From Klebsormidium nitens (taxonomy: Eukaryota; Plantae; Klebsormidiophyceae): a stretch of 64,000 nt of DNA. The stretch covers positions 58,597 to 122,596 of the forward strand of contig DF237206.1 of assembly GCA_000708835.1 (NCBI GenBank). Reading direction: 5' to 3'. Below the pieces are notes generated by a model. The model was given only the letters and a program-made list of their open reading frames with translations. It had not been told where the DNA came from and ran no database searches. Of the stretch, positions 36,801 to 48,443 are shown one piece after another (positions within the stretch are counted from its first letter, which is position 1; each line of letters starts with the position of its first letter). A program made the translations under genes and the position numbers.

Positions 36801-38431
36801 GCTCGTAAGGAAAGATGGCCGCAGAGTCTTGCGGTGGACTCTGAACGCTTATGGGGAAGGGAAATCGGAGAAGGTGAGAGACCACTCTATTTGGATTCGT
36901 GCTCTGCCGAATCCGACAGAGCTGTGAATTCGGCAGAGCGAGGATGCGGATGCTGAAAGGTGAGGCAGAATTACTTGCCGCCAGGAGACAAACACTGTAT
37001 CCATAGTGCCGGTCCACAATCACAATAACCATCATGCGACCTTTCATTAGGCAGACGGCCAAACAATGGAAGCAAGCTCTTCCAATCATCAGTTTTGACC
37101 TGACGCATTTATGAAGAAACCTTGCAAACGACAAAGGCAGCCAATCGCACAAGGTAGCATCTGAGTACAGTGGTTCCTTTCCACTTTTCGCGAGCCAATC
37201 CTCACACTTGATCATTCTTCTAGCACGAAGCATAAGTCGAGATGCATATCAGAAAAAGACACAAGTCCGAAGATCGTTCAACGGACATCTGCTCTCTTGA
37301 CTTCCTGCATGCCCTCTACTGATAAGGTCCCAAGACCTCTGACACAAACATTGCTCCGTTTCAGGCAATGGGCCCCAATGCAATAGGAAAAGTTACTGTG
37401 AAAGCATATCACATCATTTATGCAGGCACCATACTATGCAATTTACACCATATTATGCAAAATTCTCAGCTCACCTCGAACCCAACGTCGTACTTGTGCG
37501 TCATGTCCATCCGCCGCACCTTGGGCAGCTTCAGGTCCGGGTAGTAGCTGTCGTACACATACTTATACGCCTCCTTCTCAATATCCTTTTGGATTCCCCC
37601 CAGCTCGATATCCACGTAATCCACATCCATATCCATAGCATCCCAGATCACCCGTAGCCTATCCAACTCGTCCCCCTCGTACTGCCCCCCCTCCCACTTC
37701 GGCCGGTAGGTAAAGATAACCGGCAGCGGGCGGTTCTCCAAAAGCTGTTTCAAATCTTCCTTCATTTTGGGCTCACCGGAACGGGGGGGCGCAAGCAACC
37801 ATCCGTACAGGTGATCGATCCGGACCTCAACAATCGTGGCCCCCGCGACCTTTGCTTCGTACATTTGCGCCACCATTTCGGAGACGGTTTTCGCGGTCAG
37901 GGGGGCGCATAGGTGGCACCCCCCGGGGGGTGTCTCCGGCCACTCCCTGAAGAGGCTCTCGCTTTTCTGGGGCGTAGCGCGCCAGGACCACCGGGAGGCG
38001 ATCGAGGGCTCGGCACTGGCGCTGATGTCAGCCGCCATTTGGGGGGAGCTCCTGCCGCTGCTAGAGGTTGCTGTTTCAGGGGAGTTTGCGGACAGCGATG
38101 TCGGGCGCATGGGAGAGAAGAGAGACGAGAGCAGATGCGAGCCGCCCGGCTGTTGTCTGCTGCTAAAACGGGGTCTGATGGGAAAAGTGGTCACACGAGA
38201 GGCTTGAGAATGATGAGTTTGAGAAAGTGATGAAGGCTGTGCAATGTGTGTTGAAACATAGGACTTGCGGAGGCGCGCAGAGGGCCTGGCTTTCAGCAAG
38301 CAGACATTGGCCACCACTCCTGCGTCCTTGACACAATTTTGGTATCGGTTGCTGGAGCTTTGCTGCCAAGAGCCGACTGCCGTCTCGAGCCTACCGCTGC
38401 CAATCCTTGCGAGCAGACCGCATTCTGCCAT
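30891..38431 (-). CDS. DHQ-SDH: Bifunctional type I 3-dehydroquinate dehydratase / shikimate dehydrogenase, plastid-targeted, with ~140-aa C-terminal extension
   Basis: Exons 38431-37475, 36420-36208, 35855-35673, 34933-34706, 34250-34136, 33773-33642, 32849-32538, 31872-31823, 31310-30891. Motifs: VEVRIDHL, IFTYRPKWEGGQY, YVDIEL, IIISSHNY, GADVVKIAT, AMGPKGLLSR, GNPVAQSKGPLVHN, GFSVTIPHK, GAANT, YNTD, VVGAGGAGRA, ANRT, ANTTSVGM, FDAVYTP, GVEMFVGQAADQF. Confidence 0.95.
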
Positions 38432-39012
38432 GGTGGCAGCACAGGCAATTGGGGGCCAAGATCAACAGCATTGGAACCTGAGCGCCATTGCAAACGCCTA
38501 TGCCAAACGGTCCACGGATAAATGAATGACTTCTTTCGAGAGCTTCCTTGAACTTGAAGTGGTGATGTTTGATCTATCTGTGACGACGTTGCTCGAGCGC
38601 GTATAGCCGGTTTCAACGCCTTAATATTGGCGTTTTCGATTTAAGAAAGCTTGTTCAAGAAGGCCCTGTAATAGCAGAGGCACCATCTACGACTCGGTTT
38701 TGAAAGCTGGGAAGATAGCTTTCTATTATTTTAATCGAGGCCCGCTCGCTTGAGCATTTACTCTTACGAAGAATCGCTTATGAACTTTCCAAAAAGCTCG
38801 TATTGGATAATGCTATGGTCCTGGAGAACTCAGCTTTCTTCAACTCCTGTTCAGTGAACATTCAGAAAGGAAGACCTGCACTGAAAGAGGTGGTGCGCCC
38901 ATGAGGGGTCAACATCGCCCCTGATTAGGATAGTGCAACTGCAGAACGCTCAAAGTGCTTCTGTGGAGGTTGACAGCAGCATCAGTCGGTTGCTGACAAG
39001 AGCGCGCGCACC

Positions 39013-41016
39013 ATGAACAGCCGCGCTGCAAGTGCGGGCCTTTTATGGACTCATAACTCCGCTTCCCTCCAGCTGAAAGGTTCCTGTTTGCGACTGATCC
39101 CTCCTGAAGGCAGCTTGCATGTTGCCCGTCTGCTTGGTGGCGGTGGAAGGGTGGTGCGGTGGATAGCGGGAAGCGTCGGGGAGTCCTCGCTGAAGAATGC
39201 AGCGAAAGGCCGCACGCGTGGTTCTGGGCGAAGTGGGAAAGGTGGTACAGTGCCAACTTTATCACGGAGGAACAGTGATTCAAGCCTGGGGCCGGCGCAT
39301 GGTACAGACTTGAATGGCGCCTCCGAACTGGATGTACATGGAACTCGACGAAACGGAGAGGAGGGGGAAGCGCAACCGGTCCTGTCCGAAGTGAAAGGGG
39401 AACCAAAGCACGCCCAGAGGTCAGCAGCTGCTGCACGGACAAAAGCAGGCCCAAGGTTGATGACGGCAGAGTCTGCGACAACCGATAGAAGCTCAAGAGC
39501 TTCGAGCGAAGGCTCAACAAACTCGAGGTTGAGGACAGTAGAGGCCTCCATTCCGGACAGCAAAGCGCCGGTGTGCATTCAGTGCCAGCGCGCAAAGCTG
39601 CCTTGCGACTATCAAAAGATTAAGTCCTCTTCTGACAAGCGAGCGGATACGTGCCGGGCGTGCCTCGCAGTGATCAAAGCCCGGCGGCTCAACCAAGACA
39701 TGGGACATCTGAAACTAGACGTGGATGAGGCGTGGGCCAGAGCCAAAGCCTGCACCAAGTAGGTGGATTCTCGTCATTTTGCAGTTTGTCTCGGCTCAAT
39801 CTTTGTTGGTCAACAGCAAGCTAGCATGCGGAAGTGGTTGCCGCGACTCTGTTTGAGTGTGTGTCGTTAACGGGAGGGTCAGCCTGCGGTTGGCTGGACT
39901 AGTTGATAAGCAAAAATGGTCAATCGTGGCAGTAGTTCCTTAGCAGGACTGGCCATTCTCTTGGTTCTCAATTGTCACAACGTGTGTCGAGTTGCCATTG
40001 TCTCGTAATGCACTAAAGATGTGCCAAGCGCCGAAATGTAAAGAAGCGTCGCCAGGTTGAATAACCTCTTTCTTGACTTGCAACAGACCCAATTCCCACG
40101 GTTCAAAGTTGCGCATGATTCTCAAGAAGCTGATAACTCAATCCTACCATCAGGTGCCACCTTTGAAGGAGCTTCGCGAGCTTTTCTTCTTACTTTTTCT
40201 TGTCAACTATCGCCAGGGGAACCACGTCGACTACATTCTGCGGCACAGTCTATAGTTGCACAAGGTCTGAATATTTTTCGTCATTATCCAGGTGCCGTCA
40301 TAAAAAGGAGCTCCGCGACTATAAAATTCTCGTTTATATATTCAGGTGCCACCACATAAAGGAACTTCGTGACTTCTCGTCCACAAGCGCCAGGGAGACT
40401 AGGTCGACTGTATTTGCGGCACAGTCTATAGTTGCACAAGGTCTGATTATCTTCTGCCAATATTTATCTTTTGTCAATATTCAGGTGCCACCATAAAAAG
40501 GAGCTCCGCGACTTCTCCGTCAACAAGCGCCGGGGCGACCAAGTCGACTACATCTGCCGAAGCTGCCGGAGCGTCTCCGCCAAAACGCTGGAGCCCCACG
40601 TGCCGACCGACGCGCCACAGCGCTGCTTAAAGTGCCAAGAACTGAAACCTGCGTCCGAGTACAACAGGAACATCCGGCACTCGACCGGTCTCTACGCATC
40701 CTGCAAAGAGTGCCTCAAGGAGATGGCGCGGGAACGACAACATCGGCTCGAGGCCACTGGCGTTTATACCCCGCGGGAGAGCAAGTTCTGTTGGCGGTGC
40801 GAGGTGCAGAAGCCCATCTCGCTGTTTTACAAGAAGAGGGGCGCGTACGACGGGCTGACGAGCGAGTGCAAGGCGTGCATTTCGGCGGAGAAGAAGCGGA
40901 AATATCGGGCGAAGAAAATGGGGGCGAATTTAATACGAATTCGGAAGGAGGAAGCCATTGAAGACGAGGATCGGGGATCCGAAAGAAAAGAGGAGGCTGC
41001 GGGGAAACAACCATGA
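39013..41016 (+). CDS. Protein with four CxxC-x(~20)-CxxC Zn-finger units (Stc1-like / viral-type repeat) and transit-peptide-like N-terminus
   Basis: Exons 39013-39758 and 40485-41016 (aa|g restores CTKC). Units: CIQC..CRAC, CTKC..CRSC, CLKC..CKEC, CWRC..CKAC, with K-P-x-x-x-F/Y and D/T-G-L spacing in units 3-4. Confidence 0.75.
40151..40484 (+). repeat. Three decayed tandem copies of the acceptor + start of exon 2 of the Zn-finger gene
   Basis: caggtgcc(a/g)..(t/a)aa..gga(g/a)ct..g(c/t)ga at 40151, 40289 and 40343; the functional copy is at 40482. A shared tail gcggcacagtctatagttgcacaaggtctga occurs at about 40240 and 40416. Confidence 0.9.
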
Positions 41017-41989
41017 GTGTGTTCAAGAGGCGAGGCACAGAGGGCTAAGGGAACAAACTTAAGGCAAGTCATCGGCTGCGATGCTTCATTTGCCACTGCG
41101 GGCTTTCACCTTCCGGTCCCCCTGCTTCAAGATGGCTCTTCCCTTTTTGACACAGGCGCCTTAAAGCAAAGCCTTTGAGATTGCAAGTCCTCACTTGCAC
41201 AATGTGCCAGGGGCTGCTTCAAGAGAAGGTTTGATGGGCTCTCGAGTTTGGGTCAGAGCTTTGTCAAATTTCACAGCCAAAGTCTGATAACTGGCAGTGG
41301 GCATTATTGTTGGCAACCGCTGTTTAATCACTTCCCACATTCCAAGCTGACGTATTTGAAGTGAGCTAGCCCCAAGATGAGAAGAAGCAGCGCATTGGAC
41401 TTGTGTGACTGTTGGTGTACACTAAGTCTCTGTGGCTTACCCGACTGCCTTTTAGAAGAAATTCTCAAACCGAAGTCCGTCACAAAGTTCTGATGAAGAT
41501 GCATTCCGTGGAGGCTGATGGTCATGCCAACCTCAGCGGAAGGATGGCGACTCGACTTGTAAGTTCCTGGAAGTGCTTTCAAAATTGCCGACGTTGACAC
41601 GACGAATCAAATGACTACCTTTTACCTCCCCAGGTTGTTGCTGACGGCAACAGAAGGGGCTCTACTCTCTGGTATCGACCAGGATGCGCAGCCACGACTT
41701 CCCGCGAATCAATCTTCACTCTACGAGGTACGCCCTTTCTTGATGCTACAAAAGCGCCAGCTTTCATGCCGGGATTGTTTTCGAGATCGGTACTGGACTC
41801 GACCAGGAGACGAGTTGTATCTTCAATAAGTCTCATTAGCAGATGGTTTCTATCCTGCCGGAAATGGCTGTGCATCTTTTGCAGAGTATTCTAAGAGGAG
41901 CTGCTTATCTTAGTCATATTTGCACGACGATAGGCGGATTGTATCCGAGTTGATTGCCACTTGTTGGCTCTCAGCGAGATATGTACGAA

Positions 41990-42300
41990 ATACGATTTCT
42001 GCGTCTTTTCATTCCTGAGTCTGGTGGATTCGGATTGACACGAGGAAACTTTTTGCGACGTACTAGTCCCGAAAACGAGTTTCCCCTTGGTTCAATTTTT
42101 GTGGTTCGACTATACCTCTGACTGAGCTAGCTTCTAAGAAGCTTCTTTCGGACTTCGCTTTCCAACAATCAATCCTCAGGACTATGAACTGATACACCTT
42201 TCGCACCGACTTCGCTTCAGGGAGGGATTGCTGGACCGTCCGGACAGGCGAAGAGTCTGGCCACCCGGGGAGCTGCAAGGTTTCCATATCCTTATGGTAA
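41990..42300 (-). mobile_element. Possible highly decayed hAT-type transposase fragment
   Basis: Translation LYHKDME...EAKSVRKVYQFI...KLNQGETRFRD*YVAKSFL loosely resembles the hAT pattern (LxLxDI...kIvxFI...PGETRF.T.YL). In-frame stops; no TIRs found. Confidence 0.22.
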
Positions 42301-43673
42301 AGATAGTAAGGTGGTCAAGTTAATACCCTAAGACACTTGCTGGCCTACAATGGTGCTGACCTCGGACTGACTGGAGCAACCGCGGCAGGGCTTTTACGAG
42401 CATGATTTGGGACAGATGTCTGTGAAAGGATAGTCAATTAGATCCTCGGAACTGTCACTGGAATTTTCTGAGCTTTATTGATTGGTCTGTCTTCCATGTC
42501 ATTCGTGCTCACCTTTGCTGCGTGGCCATATATGTGCGCGACCTCGTGGTCCCGTTGCTGAATGGTCGACCGAATAAAGTGGTACCACCCGAACGCATGC
42601 ATTGAAGGATGGTCATCGTCTGGCATGTCAATGCACGTTGCTGCTGTTGAATGCAACACTTGATCTCAGTCATGCAGTTATTATTGCCAGCCATCCTCGA
42701 AGCGTGCACACGGACATGTACTGCGTCCACAACAAATGATCACTGATGCAGACTGCATGATTGCATATTCCGATGTTTCCTCATGTTAGGGGCTAGATTG
42801 CCTTTGCGAGTATCCAGAAACATTGGCCCAGAACCGCTCATTCCCGCATGCTCAATCTTCTGATCGTAGGCACAAAGTCGATCAGCGACTTGCATGAATG
42901 TTACATGGTTTGAGTTGCTTCGGAAACCGGGCCCAAGACACCGCAGCCCTGGCTCGTTAAATCTCAATCAGTGCAATCGCTCCCCAGTCGGATCCATGCA
43001 TGAATTTTGCAAGACGATTGACACAAATTCAAGCCTCTAATTATAAGTCGGCGGGCCTTGAAGCCCTTCACAAGCATGGAGTCAAGTACGTCATCGTGAC
43101 GTTTTGGAACAAATGCACGCCTACTTCCCAAGTCAGCTCCAAAATCAGCTTTTTACTTAATAGCCCGAGGTTGCAAACCCTGATGATTGACCTAGATCTG
43201 CAGGAGACACAATCGATCGTAGCAAACAGGAATTATGCAATCCAGGTGACATGACTTCACTGCCTCTCCAACGTCATATGACTGGTGTCTTTCTTAGACT
43301 GGTGCTATTTGCTGTTACGTTCCCTTATTTGGAACGAAGCGGAGCGGCCTCCTCGGTGTTCATCTGTCAACTCTGGTAATCAAACTTTCTTCTGTCCTCC
43401 AATTGACGCTTGCTTGTCTCACGCAGCCAACGTTCTTCGGCCCAACTTGTGCGCCGGTTCCAGTCAACGGTTGAATGATGAGTCAGCAAGGTTTTTTTTC
43501 CCATGGATCTGAAAGGCGTGGGACTTTGTGAAGCGCAAAGTGTGACTTTGTGATGCGCGAAGTCGTCTCCTGCCATGCATGCCCAACTAATTAAACTCCT
43601 CTAAGACTCCTAGCCGGTAAAAAGTATCTTCATGCCTGCCTGTTGCTAGAACCTTGCTAACTTTCGGACAGCT

Positions 43674-45446
43674 AGCGCCGGCCGCGAAAGCAACTATCAT
43701 GCGCGTGCGCGGCCGCGGGACTAGGACCGACTTCGACCAAACCCTCCAAACCCTCCTTCCCTTCCGGATCCTGGCAAGCAATCCGCTATCTCAGAAGCCT
43801 GACAAAGTAAACAAGATCAGGCGCTTCGTACGCGCCAGCTTCGCACACCAGCTGACCATCATCGCCATCATGGGGCGGGGCTTGTGCATGATGCCTGCGC
43901 CTTGGGAGAAGGAGAGGTACCAGAAAGAGGTGCAGAAACGGAACCGGGACAGGGAGGAGCAGGAGAAGGAAAAAGAAGCTCAAGCTGCGAAACGGCAGAA
44001 GCAGGAAATTGAGGAGCCTGAGGACTCAGAGTCTGAAGAGGTAAATGATGTCGTTTCACAGCTGAGTTTGTTCGGGACGAGGAATGATTACTCTCCTTAA
44101 GCTTTGTGCTCGTTGTTTCCCACTTTAACGCTCTTTCAGCCAGATGAGTTGGCCTGAGCTGGCAGGGTCACACATTGGAGTTGTGCTCTTGGAAGCTGAC
44201 TACATGGAGGCTTCCCTTTTTCGAAATCATGGTAGTGGACCTCGCAAGAATGAGACGATAAAGAACTCGAGTGTTTGTTCAGATTCTGCACGAATAGTCG
44301 CTGATCAGAGATTTCAGAACTTGCTGACAAAGACAAGAAAGGCCTGGATCATGAGCGTCTTGTTTCATGCTCAGAGCTGGTTCAAAGGCTTAACTTGGCC
44401 AAGGACTTGATAAGGACACGTGTACTATTGGCTTTCCTGAAGGCTCAGAAGATTGGTACTGAAAGTTTGCTAAGCTCCCTGGTTCGAAGCCTGGCTGAAT
44501 TGGAGAAAGCTTTTCAAGCGGCTTCCATTTTACCAGAAACATTTTCTGCAAGCATCGAGATCCTGCAATCACAAGCACTCCTGATATATCGTCTTTTGCA
44601 GATTGATTACCTCTTGCCATCTATTCATTGTATTGCACACATAGCAAGCGTCAAGCGTCAGACTCTTGTACTTTAACGAAGTTTTAAAGGCGGGGGTTGC
44701 AATTGCTCTGCTTAATCAAGGCAGCCAGACGAAGCCATGCATACCGCGTATCTAAACAGAACGCCGGCCTTGTGCAGGAGTTTCACGAAGAGAGCGAAGA
44801 GTTCCTAGGGTCTCTGGACATGGGAAGAATGGGCGGGATCTGGCCGCACTACATCCGCCTCATGTTCATCTCCGGCTATCGTTATGTTCAAAGCCTCGAC
44901 GCGGCCGCCCTGCCTTGCGACAAGCAGAAGATCCTGGATGCCATCCTGAAATGCTGCCCGTCTCACAAGCACAAGGTCAAGAACATCTTTGAACGCTGCT
45001 GCAACAACGCGTTCCATGCCCTCTACATGGACACAAACAAGAGCGGCGCTTCGAGCCTCTTCGGCGGAGGTTTCGGCGGAGGTTTCGGGCGCGGGGAGTT
45101 TGGGCTTGAGGGACTGTTTGACACCCACAATATGTTCGATGAAGCAAGCGTCATGGACGGAAGTACAAGAATGTACCTAGGCGTAGCAGGCTTGGACCCG
45201 ATCGCGGAGCTGGCCCTCGTGCGCCAGCGCGATCTTCCCCCGCTTGTCGTGCGCAGGGCGGCCGCGATGCTCAAAAGCCTGAAACCCTTCGTGCCGCAGA
45301 CGGCGGCGGACCTGGCGGAAACACCGTACGATGCCGCCGACGAGGACAGCGTGGATGAGAACGGCTGTGTGCAGCTCCTCAAGCAGTTCATTCCGCTCTT
45401 CGAAAAGGCGGCCGACTTTGGGGACTGTATCGCAGAGCAGTCGTGA
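43674..45446 (+). CDS. Uncharacterised spliced gene; 5' exon(s) not located
   Basis: Acceptor with ctaac branch point at 43673; exon 43674-44040 (charged KE-rich tract) donor gag|gtaaat; exon 44760-45446 joins in phase 0 and has coding-like GC3 bias. No family recognised. Confidence 0.6.
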
Positions 45447-48443
45447 AAGTAATATTGCAGTACTAGATCCCTTTTTCGAGTCCGTTTCCGACTCGAGACC
45501 CTATGTTTTTAGCGAGCTAGTCTTTGCTTTTTTGTCGAGAAATCCTTTTGAATGCAGACATGAGTAGCAAAACAAAATGTTTTGAATTCCGTATTCGAGC
45601 TGCAAGAAGAGCGGTGAGCTAGGTCATCTAGTGACAGTGCCCCGTCAGCATCCTAGACATGTCGGCCCTGAAGGTGGCACTAGGCTGATAGAATCTGCAT
45701 GCACATGCACCGTCTGCGGTCAGACAAAGTCACGCAGTGATGTGTGCGTGACAGATGCTCGACTCGTCTTCGCACGAGGTTCCTATGCTCAAGAAAGTGA
45801 TACCATGATCAGTGCGCAGAGCGCGTCGATGGGTAATCAGGAACCTGCTTTCAGGCAGCACGCAGTGATCAACTTGTCAAGTCAGCTAGAAATTTTGTCA
45901 TTGGGCCGCCCGGCGGCCAAAGACGGGTTTGGGCTGCCGTCAAGAATTTCGGTATCGTTGCTCTCTCGATGACTCGCTGCAGCGCCGGCCTCCTTCATGT
46001 ATCGTTGGTCGAGGGGTATCATAACGTTCCACCTCCGCCTGCCTCAGGGACATACGACCAGATCTTAAACAGGTTGCAGCCTTAACTAGTGTCATGCGAC
46101 GGCAAGAAGTGGTTCCGGAAATTGAACGAAGTACTTGAAAGCCAGTCACCTTCATATGCAAACTTCGATTCCTTTGAATACGTCTGTTGTGAATGAAGTA
46201 TGTGAGTTCTATGGACCGTCTTCAACAGGACCAGATGATCAGAACCTGGCTTCTCTTCAGTATTGACAATCGCCGCTCATTGGCCCATCCGAAATTGAGG
46301 ACACAACGTCATGCAAGCTTCAAGTTCTTAGTATCGACCAAGAATACGTGTCTGCTGCCAACCAAACACAATAGTCAGCTGACCTACTTAGGGCAAACGT
46401 AACATACCAGAACAGGTCGCACATCATATATGCGCCAACAATGCCGGGAATCATAGCACATGGTCACAGGTGGCCAACAGTGACTTGGTAGAAGCAGATG
46501 GGCATAGGAGTATGTCGGGCTCTAGCTGACCTTGCAAGCAAAAGCAGGTTCGTCACTCGTATCTCAAGCTTTGAAGCAAGCTTCGCATATATATTACCTG
46601 ACTTCCTGACCTTTGTTCGGTACTAAGCCAGCTAAGCTACTCCCAGTGCGTCTTGGAAGATCACATCCCTGCTCAGGAGAAGATCTGTAATATATATGTG
46701 CTTTGTATCGCACCCGCGTCGCATGAAGGCAGCTGCATATTTGAGTTCATACTGAATCTCTGCAGGAGCCCTCTGCTTGTGGTTGGCCGGACTTGCAAGC
46801 TGGCCATCGAGCTCAGCCTCTCACAGTACATGAGAACGCTTTGGCAGTGCTCATGTGCTCAGCAGATAACCCCGACATCCCCCCGACAGCGAAGAACTGC
46901 CGGGACGACTTTGGCACTGGGTCAAATCCAATGCCATTCGAATTCCAATTAATACGGTCCACATGGCAAGACGTGCACGTCGACGAAATCAACCGTCGCG
47001 GCGGCGTCGATATATCGTGGTTGAGCGTACGGATTGCATACGAGCCGTAAAGCTTCGCAACGTACCTATGTCCGTACGACGGTCAGAGGCAGCCGGCAAG
47101 AGAACCTGGACATGGCCGGCCTACAAAAGAACCCCGGCCGGTGCCGAAGGCACCCCGCCGGCTGCTCAGCCGGCTGAATATGCAGGCAAATAGAGGGCTC
47201 AGCCGGCCGGTTAAGCCAACTTGCCGACTACCGAGCCGACAAAACTGGGGGGGCGTCGGCAGCTGACCGGCCGGGACGAAACTCCGTGGGAAACCCTGGG
47301 ACTCCGAGTCCCGACTCCGATATGGACCGAGCATTTCCCAACCGGTACGACTTTGTCGGAACACCGACCATCATTTGGACACAGCACAATGAGCACATGT
47401 TGGTCGAAATTGCACGGGAATTCAACCCGGTTCGGAAGATTCGCGAACAGTTCGAGACACGTGCATGTCATTCTCATCCTAGATTTTCAGGAACCCGTGC
47501 CGGCCGGCAATCCGTACCATCATACCACGCCCTATGTGTACCGTACATAGATACATAACACCTAGCTGAACTTTCGGCGACAACTTGAACAGTGGCTGCC
47601 AGGAAATTCTCCAGCCTCAAGCCTGTCAAGGCTGGACGACCAGGACGACTGGACGTCTCGATCTCGAAAGCATCTAATATGGAGTCGGCATCACGAAGCA
47701 GCCACCTGGTGTTACGTACATATATACATGTTTCACATCTACAAATTAATAAATCAGCCTGCTTTTTTGACAAAGAGCCTTCAATCATATGCAGATGCAC
47801 AAGCACCAAGGGGAAACGGCTCAAGAGCTCCTCCGGAAAAACGCAATGGCTTAAAAGCTCTGAGCCTCAGCAGGCGGCTACGCAAATATAGACTGCCAGA
47901 TCTCCAATGACATGCGGCAGCAAATCTGCAGCAGAAAAAAGAACTCCAAAAACATAATGTGCCGCACCTCGTGTCCGGCGGTGCGTGGTCTCATGATTTG
48001 TACACTTGTTCACTGGAGATCGGGTTGGAGATGTGGAGAGCAGCTCCAAAGCTGCATCGATGACGCGCTGATCTTGTCTGAGTACTGCAGTAGGCGCACT
48101 GCGCTTTTCCCTTCCAGAAGCTTTGATAACTGACGGATCAGAAGTATACTAAGGACAGCTTTCCCTGGTCCACTCCATCTCAGTAAGCTGAGGCCGGTGC
48201 TTGCAAGGTAGCTTGTTTCTAGCAGGATCAACCAATACGGTGTGTGAGCACTTCAATGCCAGTCGCCTTTGACAGTCTTCTCAGACGTCAGCTGTCTCAC
48301 TCCCACCCCGCCAACAATAACACAATTCTCCAATTTTAAGGTCTGCCGTTTTCTTGTAAAAAAAGGTAGTGCATCGCGATCGGGATTCTCCGCCAGTGCC
48401 ACTTCCTTATAGTTTCCGGAATTGGTACAAGCTCAGCTCGCCG

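Noticed and set aside
40151-40484. CRISPR-like repeat-spacer array
   Set aside because: The repeats are degenerate copies of an exon start, the spacers are related to each other, and no cas genes are present.
44395-44676. ORF containing HCIAH as a hAT CxxH motif
   Set aside because: Isolated 5-mer inside a probable intron with no other transposase motifs.
46766-47050. Possible terminal exon (EPSACGWPDLQ...IAYEP*)
   Set aside because: No upstream exon could be linked in phase and coding bias is weak.
47083-47560. GCCGGC-rich segment as a MITE
   Set aside because: No matching terminal inverted repeats or target-site duplication could be found.
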